This document shows positions 1 to 13,060 of a stretch of DNA of 64,000 nucleotides, piece after piece. Origin of the DNA: Macrostomum lignano (taxonomy: Eukaryota); contig NIVC01000406.1 of the NCBI GenBank assembly GCA_002269645.1, positions 384,724 through 448,723 of the forward strand. Reading direction: 5' to 3'. Each line of letters starts with the position of its first letter. Position 1 is the stretch's first letter. A program made the translations under genes and the position numbers. The notes below the pieces were generated by a model. That model made no database searches. It worked only from the letters and a program-made list of their open reading frames with translations, and was not told the origin of the DNA.

Positions 1-182
1 AACTGGACCTCTGTGGTGCAGGGCAGAGCATAGCGTAGCGATGCTTCAACGAAGACCTTCCTCGAAGATCGTGTATCGCTGCCGTATTAGCCTCCGAAGT
101 GCCGATTGGGTCTAGCAATGAGAAACAAATGTATTGCGAACCACTACTTTTATTTGCGCTAAGTAAACGCTATGCATTGCAG

Positions 183-3100
183 ACAAGACCAAAGACGAAA
201 TGTACGAGATGTTCGGCAGTCACTTCTTCAAGTACTTCAAGAAGCATGGCTACGATAAAATGATTTACACTCTGGGCCAGGACCTGAAGAAGTTCATCCA
301 GAACCTCGACTCGCTGCACGACTACCTGCAAATCGACAACAAGAGCATGGTCCCGCCTTCGTTCAGGTCAGTCTTGAGGGCGGTTTTAGCTAATCTTAGA
401 TAAGGATCCTCTAGAGGTAATGGTGACGTGACTGCTGCGTGTTGAGGCTCGCGCGTCGCGGAGACGGCTTGTCTGTCTCACTTCCTCAAAGACACATGAC
501 AGTCAGCATTGAGGCGTCGAGCTTCCGGTTCCGGGTTTAGGATGTCCGCTGTATTTGTCCCAGTGGGACAGGTGGAGCAAACGAGGTTTGAGCCGGAAGG
601 TAGCTGTCCCAAGGGGTCAGTGTCGCATTCAATTAACCATTTTGAAGATGGCAGTCCCAAAACTCCTGTTTCGTTACTGACCAGTTTCGACGGATGTCCC
701 TCCGACTTGGCGGTTTGATGAAGGCAGCGTCAAAATTCTCTGATGCTGGGTGAAGCTGCTTTTTTATTATTTCTAGGTGAAGAAATCCAACGGAATTTAT
801 TTATCTGGTTCATTTAGCTACGAAGGAACTCCGGGCATCGAGTAGCATTCTTTGAAGCCCAATGCTGCCCTTGCAGACACCTGCGCTTATTTGATTGTCC
901 ACAAAATGCACCCTGCATGTTGTTGAAAGTTTGACAATTTTGAAGACCTCCGGAACCGTTTTCAGCTGCAACTACGAAGACTCTGGAGAGTTCATCTTGC
1001 ACTATTATAGCGCCCGGGCCGGGCTGGAGAGCTGGATTAAAGGTGAGAGTGGATCTATAATGAGATTTTATTATTATTGAAACACATGAAAACAATTTTG
1101 CGCTCTATTTAACCTTCAAGTGCGCATCGCTCCTGCTAATGAGATTAGATGTTGGCAGCGTTCAGCTTCCAAATTGATTTAGTCAAACACCTGAGGCCCA
1201 GCTTACTTATTCCCCAGAAGTGGCAAAAGATTCTCCTTCGGTGAAGTTTTCTAGTTTATTTTTTCCTGACCAACTTCAATCATTCGGCCCAGAATCTGGT
1301 CCGTAATCGCTCATAATCCATTGAAACTGCGGCTCGATGGGCTTGCTTAGAGACGACGAGGGGACCGTAGGGAGAGACCGTTTCCCCCGGGCTTCGGAGA
1401 CTGCCTGTCATCAATGCTAAATAAGGGAAATTTGGACAGTGCTTTGGAAACTACTTTCTGCTCACTGCTCCCTCATAATCCTCCAGCAAGCCAAAGAAAC
1501 CGGCAGGTAGTCGGCGAACTCATTAGTGCATTCGGACCGAGTCCCGTCCCGGGCACTCCTCAGGTCAGCCCGTTCCCCGTATTTTAATTAATTTACCCCT
1601 TCATCGGCTTTGTCTTGCTGAGGCTGCTGCTGCTGCTGCTGCTGGATGCGAGCTCGGCTGGTCTGGCCAGCTTACCCGAGGCCTGGGTGCGCAGCGACGC
1701 GTTGCGTAGCCCTCTCAGGATGTAGCTCGTAGTCTCGAAGTTTCGATAGATTCTTTTCGCTAGAAGGCTATAGCCCCCGAGCCCAGTGCTGAAATGCGCA
1801 TACTTTTTCCTGTCGACATGTAGCATAGCCTGGAAATCAGGGCGTAGGAGTGCCAAACAGGAGTCAATTAAATTGATGGTCTTTTTTGGGACACCAGTTG
1901 AATTCACACAGACGCTTTGTCGTCAGGCCCCCCATACATGTAAAGTTTCCGTTAAGATAACGGAAGTCTGGAAACCTTGTCCGCTCTCCGGGGAACAAAA
2001 GCAACAAATTTGATGAAGAATATACAGGAGCCAATAGAAATTCATCTGCTCCACAAAGGGCTTGCATAGAGCTCCTACACTGCTGAGGCCTGAGGCAGAC
2101 TGTGGGCTGTGGGGAGGGGGGTCGCTACTCCCATCCTGTACATTGCTGCCGCAGCTCAGAGCTACTGGCCAATCACAGCAGGGTAAACTGGAGATTAGAG
2201 CTGCTGTCCAATCGCAGTAGGGTGAACTGGAGATCAGAGCTGCTGTCCAATCACAGCAGGGTGAACTGCAGCAAGTGGCCAAACAAAATTCAACAGAGCT
2301 ATCAGTTGACAGCAATCAGGTCGAATCAAGTCGAATTGACTTTCTGCAGCAAGATATGATGCTGTGATCAAATTAAAGAGCAACAGAGAAGCAGGCTGTA
2401 ATGGATGCCGTTATAAGCTAACCGTCCTTTTGATTTGCTGATGAAAGTGTGGAGAATTTTCTCTTTTTCATGCATATAACAAATGCAACAGTATAACAAA
2501 TTATACTGTTATAAATTCTCTAGACTCAAGCCATTCATCGGCACTGAATCCCATCTAATTTTATCAGCCTTTGGCAGTTTTCTGCTTTCAAAGCCCATTT
2601 GTTTGCCTCATGACTACTTATTTTGCCGTCTGAATTTCTTCCTACCACAGGACGCTAGGCTTTTCACAGACCTGATTAGTTCTCGGACATTTAGACCAAA
2701 TATTTTTAGCATACTGGACAAGACAAATTACGTACAAAAGGCCGGGATGATCTCCCCCCCCCCCCGATGCAGGCATGCTCACCACAGTGGCCAAGGAGAT
2801 CTTCAGCACGGAGATCCAGCTGAAGGTCATGGACATCGACACGGACTTTCCCCCGGAGAGCCGCTACCAGACTCACGTGCGCATCCTCATCAGCTTCGCC
2901 TCGCACAGCTCCCTGGCAGCCAGCTTGGACGACTTCGTGCAGCCCTGCTACCCCAGCAAGAGCCTCATCACCGTCAAGTCCTTTGTGCGCTACTTTCCCT
3001 ACCACATCATTTTCGACTCGTTGCTCTTCATCAAGCAGAGCGGCGCCGCCATCCAGTCGGTTTGTCAGACTCTGCGCTTCAAGGACAGCGTGGTGAAACT

Positions 3101-5396
3101 CACAGAGGTCTGCGAGCTGGTCAATCCGCCTGTTAACTTCTCGTCTCACTATATTAAGCGGTTTCTGAACTCGTCATTTACGCTGCGCCTCAAACGGTCC
3201 ATCGAAGATGACTGTACAGAGAGCTCGCTGCTCATTAAGGGTAAGGGATGGGGCGGGAGATGCGTGTCCAGGGGAGAGCTCTCTGCTCATCAACGGTAAG
3301 GGTTGGGGCGGGCGGTGCGTGTCCAGAGGAGAGCTCTCTGCTCATCAAGGGTAAGGGATGGGGCGGGCGGTGCGTGTCCAGAGGAGAGCTCGTTGCTCAT
3401 CAAGGGTAAGGGTTGGGGCGGGCGGTGCGTGTCCAGAGGAGAGCTCTCTTCTCATCAAGGGTAAGGGATGGGGCGGGAGATGCGTGTCCAGAGGAGAGAG
3501 CTCTCTGCTCATCAAGGGTAAGGGATGGGGCGGGAGATGCGTGTCCAGAGGAGAGAGCTCTCTGCTCATCAAGGGTAAGGGATGGGGCGGGAGATGCGTG
3601 TCCAGAGGAGAGCTCGCTGCTCATCAAGGTGATGAGTGGGACAAGTGATGAGTTTTTGCAGAGCTCTTTACTCGTCAAAGGTGATGAAGTTTTTACCAGC
3701 TGCTACATTTGAATCGAACCTTACGCAGCTCACTATTGAACTTTAGGCCAGATGATATTCATGGAGGACACAAACCTTTTTCTATTCGTCTGCTCACCTC
3801 GCGTGATGACGCTGAGCGAAATGATGGAGAAGAATATTTTCATGTCCGACCTGCCGCTCTACGACGTGACCCGCGAATTGCTGCAGGTGGGTCCAAGGGA
3901 TTTCATGCTGTAGTTTACCGAAGTTAAGGTTCGCTCAGACCGGTATCAAATTGAGCCGTCGAATGTCATGACTAATGTACAAATAAAAAGCCACAAAAAG
4001 TTGCATAAGCCATGTCATCATGCAACAGTTGGCCTGTTTTGATAGCGGTGTGAACGAACCTATAGCCTATCATCTTCACTGTGGTGGCAGCATCCGGACT
4101 CCACCCTTTGCCCCTTGACCGCCGCGCCCCCGCCCTCTCAGGTGAACCAGCAACGCCTGGCAGAGATTGAGATCAGCAAGCACATGGATGAGATGACGAA
4201 TGAGATGAAGAAGATGACTGCGGAGCTGGAGGACGAGAAGAAGAAGACGCACACGCTGCTGTCCCAGATGCTGCCTTCAAAGGTTGCCAAGCAGTTGCTG
4301 GAGGGAAAGCGGGTCGCAGCCGGTGAGCGAACACGCGACATTCCAAGTGTTTCTCCTTTCTGTTGGACCGCCGCCTCGGGAGGTGCAATTCTCACATCCG
4401 CAGAGAAATACGAGATCTGCACGATCCTGTTCTCGGACATTGTCACCTTCACGGACATCGCCAGCCAGTGCACGCCCATGAACATTGTGGACATGCTGAA
4501 CAACCTGTACTCGCTGTTCGACAAGGCCACGGAGGTCAACAAGGTCTACAAGGTGGAGACGATCGGCGACGCGTACATGGTGGTTGGCGGAGTTCCGGAG
4601 CGCACAGACCAGCACGCGCACTTTGTCAGTGAGCAGGCCATGGACATGATCGAGGCCTCCTGTCGGGTGGCTTCGCCAGTCACTAACCTGCCGCTTCAGG
4701 TAAAAGAGAGGTTAATACTATCAGCTTCTATCAGAAAAATAACGATTTTCATTCACCAAACCAATTCTACCCCAGATCCGAGTGGGCATGCACACCGGAC
4801 CCACAGTGGCCGGAGTCGTTGGCGACAAGATGCCCCGCTTCTGCTTGTTCGGTGACACCGTTAACGTGGCCTCGCGCATGGAGAGCCACGGGGTGCCCAG
4901 TCGAATTCACGTCAGCCCGACCACCTACAAGTGAGAAAGTAGAGAGTGTATTCTGCGTCGTGAAAGAAATACATTTCTACTATAACTCCGAAATCTTCCG
5001 AAATCTCCCTCCAGAGTTTTAACCGAGAAGTGCGCCGACAAGGGCTACAAGTTTGAAGGTCGCGGCGAGATCAACATCAAAGGCAAGGGGCTTATGAGCA
5101 CCTACTTCCTGCTGGGCCACGCCAAGCGCACGCTGAAAGCGGCCACCCCGAACCCCTTCGCTGGCAAAGCGTCAGGCTCGGCCAGCGCAGCGGCTTCCTC
5201 CGGCGCCGTCAAGGTGGCAAACGGAGCCGCCCCTAGCGAAGGCCGGCACCGGCTGAGCGACCCGGTGTTCGAGAAAGACGAGACCGGGACGCCGCCACCC
5301 GAGTCAGCTGATCCGGGCCACCGACAGCAGGCCGGAGCTGCCAACGGTTTGCAGTTTCGGAAGGCGCCTCAGACTGCCACCTGCCGCCTGTTGTAA
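183..5396 (+). CDS. Soluble (heme-NO/O2-binding) guanylate cyclase, beta-type/atypical; H-NOX + HNOBA/PAS + coiled coil + cyclase; 5' exon(s) lie upstream of the window
   Basis: Eight GT-AG exons that join in frame: 183-366, 966-1042, 2773-3240, 3747-3886, 4142-4322, 4404-4699, 4776-4930, 5015-5396 (1883 nt = 2 + 627 codons). Motifs: NLDSLHDYL (proximal His), LHYYSAR (YxSxR), [73 protein letters not shown]-terminus CRLL*. Confidence 0.93.
2156..2275. repeat. 39-bp tandem repeat x3 in a cyclase intron, each unit containing CCAAT
   Basis: CCAATC recurs at about 2169, 2208 and 2247. Confidence 0.8.
3219..3690 (+). repeat. 55/57-bp minisatellite built from the cyclase exon-intron junction
   Basis: Unit GAGAGCTCTCTGCTCATCAAGG|GTAAGGGATGGGGCGGGAGATGCGTGTCCAGAG. 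GTAAG at 3241, 3296, 3351, 3406, 3461, 3518 and 3575, then two degenerate copies. Confidence 0.95.
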
Positions 5397-6487
5397 CTGT
5401 CAGATTTCCACCAGAGTTTACAAGGACAAGGGGAATTTCTTATTCTTGGAGTTGCCTGACAATGATTTCTGTAAGCTTACTGGGCTGGTTATTGAATTGA
5501 CACAGCATGCGGATCTGCGCGATGCAGTTCTTGGAGCAGCAGAGTGTGCATCAGTTATTTCCGATGAAACTCCTAAATTCTAATATTTTTTAACTCTTTT
5601 TCCCTTAATGCTTATCCCGTCTGCTCTTATTGGTTGATGTGCTGTCCTTCACCCACATTGTTCCCATCTCGTATTGTCTAGCCGCTTCGCTTTGCACCTG
5701 CCGTGGAGCAGCTTGGTACATTCCGACAGTCCAAGTGCGATTACATTCCCAAGTCACTGTGAAACAGTGCATCTGAAAGCTGTAAAACCCGCCTATTCAA
5801 GGCATTAGGCTAGCGGAGTTCAACACAAACTGTGATGCTACTTTCTGACAAGTAGTATAATCGGGTCGAAAGCATCTATCATCTACCTCAGGCGCGGCCC
5901 TGCATGAAGCCCTGAGCAGACAATACAGTTATAGTTATTGGTCCAAGCTTAAATGCTCCATGCCTCTAATTCTGCACGAAAGCATATGCAACTTTCTACA
6001 TCGTGGTTTGTAAATGAAAAATATTTATTTTTGCAACTGATTTTTCCCTAATAGCTTAGCGTAATTTGTCCCCAAATTCGTTTATTTTCAAAAAATTGAA
6101 TTTTTCCTCTACCTTTGTCCGACTCATGCCGCTTACCTGTATCAGATATGAATTCGTACAATGTTTTTATTGTCTTGTTCTGCTGGCTACAATTTCTGCT
6201 ACAATTTCGCACAGTTGGTTTACAGCATACAATCTAGCAAGCATTCCGCCGCTGTAATTTACTGTAAATCAAAGTGCACGCCGAACTTGAGCTTCTGTTG
6301 CATTGGAGCTTCAGCGCCGTTGTTATCAGCCAGGGCTGATCGGGTATTTCGGGCCGGCGTCTTATCGCTCTCCGGACAGGCCCAATCAATGTACACTGCG
6401 GGAGTAAATGTACATCCCGGCCCACCACCCCAGTTGCAACAGCGGACCGGAGTTAAGGGCCCGCCTCTTCGCCGCCCCCAGCCAGGC

Positions 6488-6559
6488 GGTCCCATGGTGT
6501 AGCGGTTAGCACTCTGGACTCTGAATCCAGCGACCCGAGTTCGAGTCTCGGTGGGACCT
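6488..6559 (+). tRNA. tRNA-Gln-CTG: tRNA-Gln (anticodon CTG)
   Basis: 72 nt, GGTCCCATGGTGTAGCGGTTAGCACTCTGGACTCTGAATCCAGCGACCCGAGTTCGAGTCTCGGTGGGACCT. All four stems pair; anticodon loop CT-CTG-AA; TTCGA in the T-loop. Confidence 0.97.
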
Positions 6560-6565
6560 TAATTA

Positions 6566-6570
6566 TTTTT
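6566..6570 (+). terminator. Pol III oligo-dT terminator of tRNA-Gln
   Basis: T5 starting 7 nt after the tRNA end, followed by further T runs. Confidence 0.7.
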
Positions 6571-7948
6571 CATGTTTTTTTGTCTTTTTTAACGCAACGG
6601 ACTGCTATTTTTCTGCTATTTTTCTGCTATTTTTCGGACAGAAACATTCGAAATATAAGGCAAACAAATCAATCAATCTCAGTGAGAAAATGTTCCATTT
6701 TCCCCAAATTTTCTGCAGTTCAAATTTATGTCTGTAACGTCAGTAGTATGGACCGAATCGCTTTTCGATTTTTTTCTCGCGGCTTCGTGACGGCAAAATT
6801 GCAGCTCTCCCGCCATGCCAGTGACTCACCCGGCGGGAAATTCTTCCCAAAGCCTCTCCTCCCCTGTTGGGAAATGGGCAATGCGGTCGGTGCGCTGGCC
6901 TCCTCTGATTGATTTCAATTCGCTTCTGTTCCCAGCTTTGATGCCGGGGGATTCGGAGTGGGGGGGAGGTTGGGGCAACAATCGATGCAGTTCCCCGGGG
7001 AGGCAGCAGGGAGGTTATAAGCTGAGCCGGGCCGCCACTTACTTTGATCGTGGAGAAGACTGCAGAGAATGGAATGCTCAAGAATGGTTTGCTCTCTCTC
7101 TTGTCTCGGTTTCCCAGTTTTTCATTTTCTCTCTCGTTCAGGGCTCAATTGAAGTGGTCCAATTGTTTCTTTGGGGAAAACTGTCCCCTCACCCTTTCTA
7201 CAAATCGCTCCGCGCGCCACAGCTGAACTCCTCGCCTCTCCTCGGTCGTCCCGGGCCTTCTCAAGTGGTTGAAAATGGCCATAGGCAGCTCGCGCATTCT
7301 GCTCAAGTGGGCCCAGAGGCAGCACAAGCAGCCGAATCCCCCATTCTGGTTCAGTGCAGTTTCAGAAATCCCCAGATGGCCCGGCTGCGGCCAAATCCCG
7401 GCAAGCGGTTGGAGAATTTCGGCCTGTTGCAGAATTGCAAGCCGGAGGGCTTGGGCTTGAGGAAGGCTGCTCAGGGCGTTGCTATGCGGCCCGTGCAATA
7501 AATACATTTTCACATTAGCCAAGGCTGGCTTTACACAACCGAGATACGAGATTTGATCTTCAGGATATTTTCAACAAGTCCCATGTTGTCCTAATTGTTT
7601 ATCCTTTTCTGGCATGCATCTCTGTCCAGTACGAGTGAAATGCGCGGTTCAAAGCACTGAAAGCTTATCGCAGCAGGTGCACTTCTTATTCATCTCGGTA
7701 GGGCAACAGTGTATCGCAGATCGCGATAACAACTGATGCAATAAATTACAGATCAGAAATTGCCAGTTGGTGAAACATGGGTGAACAGGTCAACAATCGG
7801 CACTGACACTGTGTAGCCAGGCGGTGGCTTCCTGCAGGCAGTCACGACTTGCTCTCAGAGATTTGGACGATTAACTGACCACAGCGGCCAGCTGTTAATA
7901 GATAGAGGGAGAGCGGGATAACCCCGTATAAAATTACACCCTGCAGAA

Positions 7949-8757
<809 letters not shown>

Positions 8758-10818
8758 GCTTTTCTGGCAGAGCCCTAAAACCCTTCCAAGATGGCCTGAC
8801 ACAATATAGCAGATAAAGAAAGAATATTCAATGGACGGTGAAGAGCGCAGATGAAGCAGGGCGTGTCAATGAGGCGGCAGCGACTGACTGACCACGGGCG
8901 CGCGGACCCTCTCCAGAGGAAATTCCCAGAAGCAGCTGAGGTGTAGAGGCAAAGCGAGGCTGGGCATGCTCTCAACTGCACGTCGCGGAGTCCCTCATTT
9001 CTGCCTCATTCCCGAGGCAACAGCCTCTCCGTCTCACCTGGGACAGGTCGGCGTTAATTAATTTTTGCCGCTTCTCACCTTCCCACAGGGACAAACGCAG
9101 TTGCTGTGTGGCTGGAGGTGAAGCGCACTGCATTGAGAAGGTGCTTGAGTTGGGCCTGGCAGAGAGAAATGAGTAGGCGCCAGCGCCGCGGGGGATCCCG
9201 TAGATGAGGTCCTCCGCCTGCCTTCGGCAACGCGACTCCACTGGCCCGGGGGGGGCTTCTCGAGTGCCAAATGAATATTTGATATTATTGCTACGTGAGC
9301 CTCGGTCACGCGTATTCGCTGATAAACAGATTTTCTACTCGTCATTTTATGGCCAGTTGCAATGCCCGGCTTCGATCGAGTCAGTCAGTCAATGCTTGAG
9401 AATGTTTAGAATTTATTATTTAACCTGTTCTGCTGCCGCTGTTGGTGTCGGGTATGAATTTATGCCCCCCACCATTCAACAGCCTCGAGCTCTTCAACTG
9501 TCAGTCATTCGATTGTCATCCATCAACCTTAGCGGAGACAAGAGCTGTCATTCGTATTTCTCTCCGACTCCTCTCCCCACCTGCGCCTCCACGGCCTGAC
9601 ATTTGATACGCCCATTGTTCGGCAGTGCAGCGGCCTGTCAATTGCATAATCAGTGAGTCTGAGCCTGAGGGACTGCTCATTCGTTTGCTTATTGAGTAAG
9701 CAGATTTTAGCATTAACGAGCAATATAAGCTGCTAATGAGTGAGCTCGAACCCCATACTGGCTTCCTATGCTATTTGGCAAATTGAAAACATTGCTAAAA
9801 AGAATTGATATCGCAGATCTCGAAGTAAACAAGTCAAGACGTCAAAGGAGTCCAGGGGTTCATTGCGCCCCCCCCCCATTCAAGTTGCTGCCGCTGCAAC
9901 CAAATTCATAGCTCCTATTTTGGGGTTTCAACCAGTCAAAATTTTAGCCACAAGGACGCTAATTAGGATTGGCCGAGTGTCGCGGAGGAACATCTGTTCA
10001 GCCCAATAAACAAACTGCAAATCTTTCAACGTTTTGTTGTACTTTGGATTCACCCTACCGGCTAGAGATCAAATGTCTTCTGTTTGCTTCGGAATAAATA
10101 CACTAACATCCTTGCCTAATCAGAACACAGTTGGCTAACAGCAAATTTGTTTTATAAATACCAGGTGCAATCCAGCTGCAAGTGAAGACTAAAACATTTC
10201 AGACAGGTCTATCAACTAGAAAAACTTCGCGTTTTACTTTCAGTGCAGAGTGTGCAGTTCCATAACACAAGTGCGCTGGAGGTGAATGCATTAATCATGC
10301 AGGCCTGGCTCGGACAATCTGCGCAGAAAGGCACCCCACGACCATTGCAGCATTTGGAAGCAGTTTGCGAACATTGGCTTTTACTGCTCGAAAATCTTGG
10401 CCCAGAAAGCACAGAAACTCTTGCTGCGCCGTTTCCGCCCCCCCCCCCCTCTCTCTCCTCTCGTGGGCTTCGCCCTCTCCGCGCCTCTCACTTTTGCTAA
10501 AGTCAGTTCTATACTGGCCGCACTGGTCAGGTAACGATATCAAGTCAACCCGAAGGCCATGCTGAATCATCGTTAGCTTAATACGAGTAGTTAATGTAAT
10601 TTAAGTAGTTAAAGGCAAAGATAATTGGGAGCAAAAATTCACAGGGCGATACCGCAAAGCTTATTGTGATTAACACAATAACATAACATAATCACTGCTG
10701 TGATTAATAGAATCGAGGCGCACATCAAATTTACAATAAGTACTGTTCATTTTGAATCGATTGAATGATGAATAGTTATTTACAGAGGCATCAAATTATA
10801 CCGAGATTAACTACAGTC

Positions 10819-12056
10819 AAAGGGGATGTCAACTTAAGCACCAGAATGGAGCCCGAGGTTCAGCTCCGGACCAAACCGACTGCAATCGATAACTTGTCGG
10901 CCCAGACGACCAGAATCGCCGAGACATCCCATCCGGCTCCCTTCCTTGGGGTCCCAGGGGATAAAGGGGATAAAATGGGGATCTCATGTCAACTTAAGGC
11001 TCTGGAATGGAGCCCGAAGTTCAGCTCCGGCCCAAACCGACTGCAATCGATAACTTGTCGGCCCAGACGACTAGAATCGCCGAGACATCCCATCCGGCTC
11101 CCTTCCTTGGGGTCCCAGGGGATAAAGGGGATAAAATGGGGATCTCATGTCAACTTAAGGCTCTGGAATGGAGCCCGAAGTTCAGCTCCGGCCCAAACCG
11201 ACTGCAATCGATAACTTGTCGGCCCAGACGACTAGAATCGCCGAGACATCCCATCCGGCTCCCTTCCTTGGGGTCCCAGGGGATAAAGGGGATAAAATGG
11301 GGATCTCATGTCAACTCAAGGCTCTGGAATGGAGCCCGAAGCTCAGCTCCGGACCAAACCGACTGCAATCGATAACTTGTCGGCCCAGACGACCAGAATC
11401 GCCGAGACATCCCATCCGGCTCCCTTCCTTGGGGTCCCAGGGGATAAAGGGGATAAAATGGGGATCTCATGTCAACTTAAGGCTCTGGAATGGAGCCCGA
11501 AGTTCAGCTCCGGCCCAAACCGACTGCAATCGATAACTTGTCGGCCCAGACGACTAGAATCGCCGAGACATCCCATCCGGCTCCCTTCCTTGGGGTCCCA
11601 GGGGATAAAGGGGATAAAATGGGGATCTCATGTCAACTTAAGGCTCTGGAATGGAGCCCGAAGTTCAGCTCCGGCCCAAACCGACTGCAATCGATAACTT
11701 GTCGGCCCAGACGACTAGAATCGACGAGACATCCCATCCGGCTCCCTTCCTTGGGGTCCCAGGGGATAAAGGGGATAAAATGGGGATCTCATGTCAACTT
11801 AAGGCTCTGGAATGGAGCCCGAAGTTCAGCTCCGGCCCAAACCGACTGCAATCGATAACTTGTCGGCCCAGACGACTAGAATCGCCGAGACATCCCATCC
11901 GGCTCCCTTCCTTGGGTTCCCAGGGGATAAAGGGGATAAAATGGGGATCTCATGTCAACTTAAGGCTCTGGAATGGAGCCCGAAGTTCAGCTCCGGCCCA
12001 AACCGACTGCAATCGATAACTTGTCGGCCCAGACGACTAGAATCGCAGAGACATCC
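10819..12056 (+). repeat. 161-bp tandem array, left arm (about 7.6 units)
   Basis: ATGGAGCCC recurs at 10846, 11007, 11168, 11329, 11490, 11651, 11812 and 11973. Confidence 0.97.
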
Positions 12057-13060
12057 GCTGTGCCACTATGTTCCGCTATGTGCTGCTTTGCTGCCATTAA
12101 GCAGGACAAATGTGTTAACGAGAGGCACAAACCGTATCAGTGGCTGCCGTCAGCCGGCTTCAGTGAGCCCAGCCGATTAGACGTTGTTATCGAGACCTCG
12201 ATGGCAAAGTACAACCGGGCGCATCCAGGTTTTGAATCATTTAAACAGCTCCACCGTCATGGACAGGGCTATCGTTGTTCGAATTCGGGCAGAATTTCAT
12301 GCGCCGAGTGCTCTTGTCCAACGAACTGAACGAAATTGAGCAGCTGCACTTCAACTGTGATCTGAAGCGTGCCCCCCTGCTAACACAAGGGCATGGATTG
12401 CTGTCAACCCGCTGGATCCAAAAAGCTCGGGGTTCCCCCGAATTCACACAGTGAATTTGTCAGAGGTTTCGGTGGATCCGTATCAACTAAATCAAGCCGA
12501 TTATTACATTCAAAACATTCGTGTCAAGGAGGTTCTCGATAGCTACGAAGGTGACTCCTGGAGAGACTTTGAGTTACACATCCAAGCCGCCGGGAGTGTT
12601 GGAAGTTTCGGCAAGCGACGCCGCTAGAAAACTGGAGCAACCGATTCGGTCGGTGGCATCCGTCTTGATTTTTCTAGCTGTCGTTTTCTCGCGCCATAAT
12701 TCAAAATCCTACCGCGTGATTCTTAGAGTGTGTGACAGCAGCGGACAATCGCTTTGGTTTTAGAGATCCAGGATTGCAACTTCTTCCTGGCTTCTACTCG
12801 TCAGCAAAAGCAGGAAGTAGGACTGCAGGCTGCGATTGTCATGTACGAGCGTAATGGCAGTGCTCAAACTCCTGGGCTGCTACGCTTACCACCAAGATAC
12901 ATATGTAGCTATCGAAGGTCTGGTGCCGGCCTTCGCTTTGTTGCTTTCGCTCTTCCACGCAGCCTTGTTGCCAGACTTTATGCTAGAGAAAACGCATTAC
13001 CACAGCAGCGAAAGCCTACTGAGCAACAGTTTAGGGGCCAGCGAGAGGAGTTTCAGTCAG

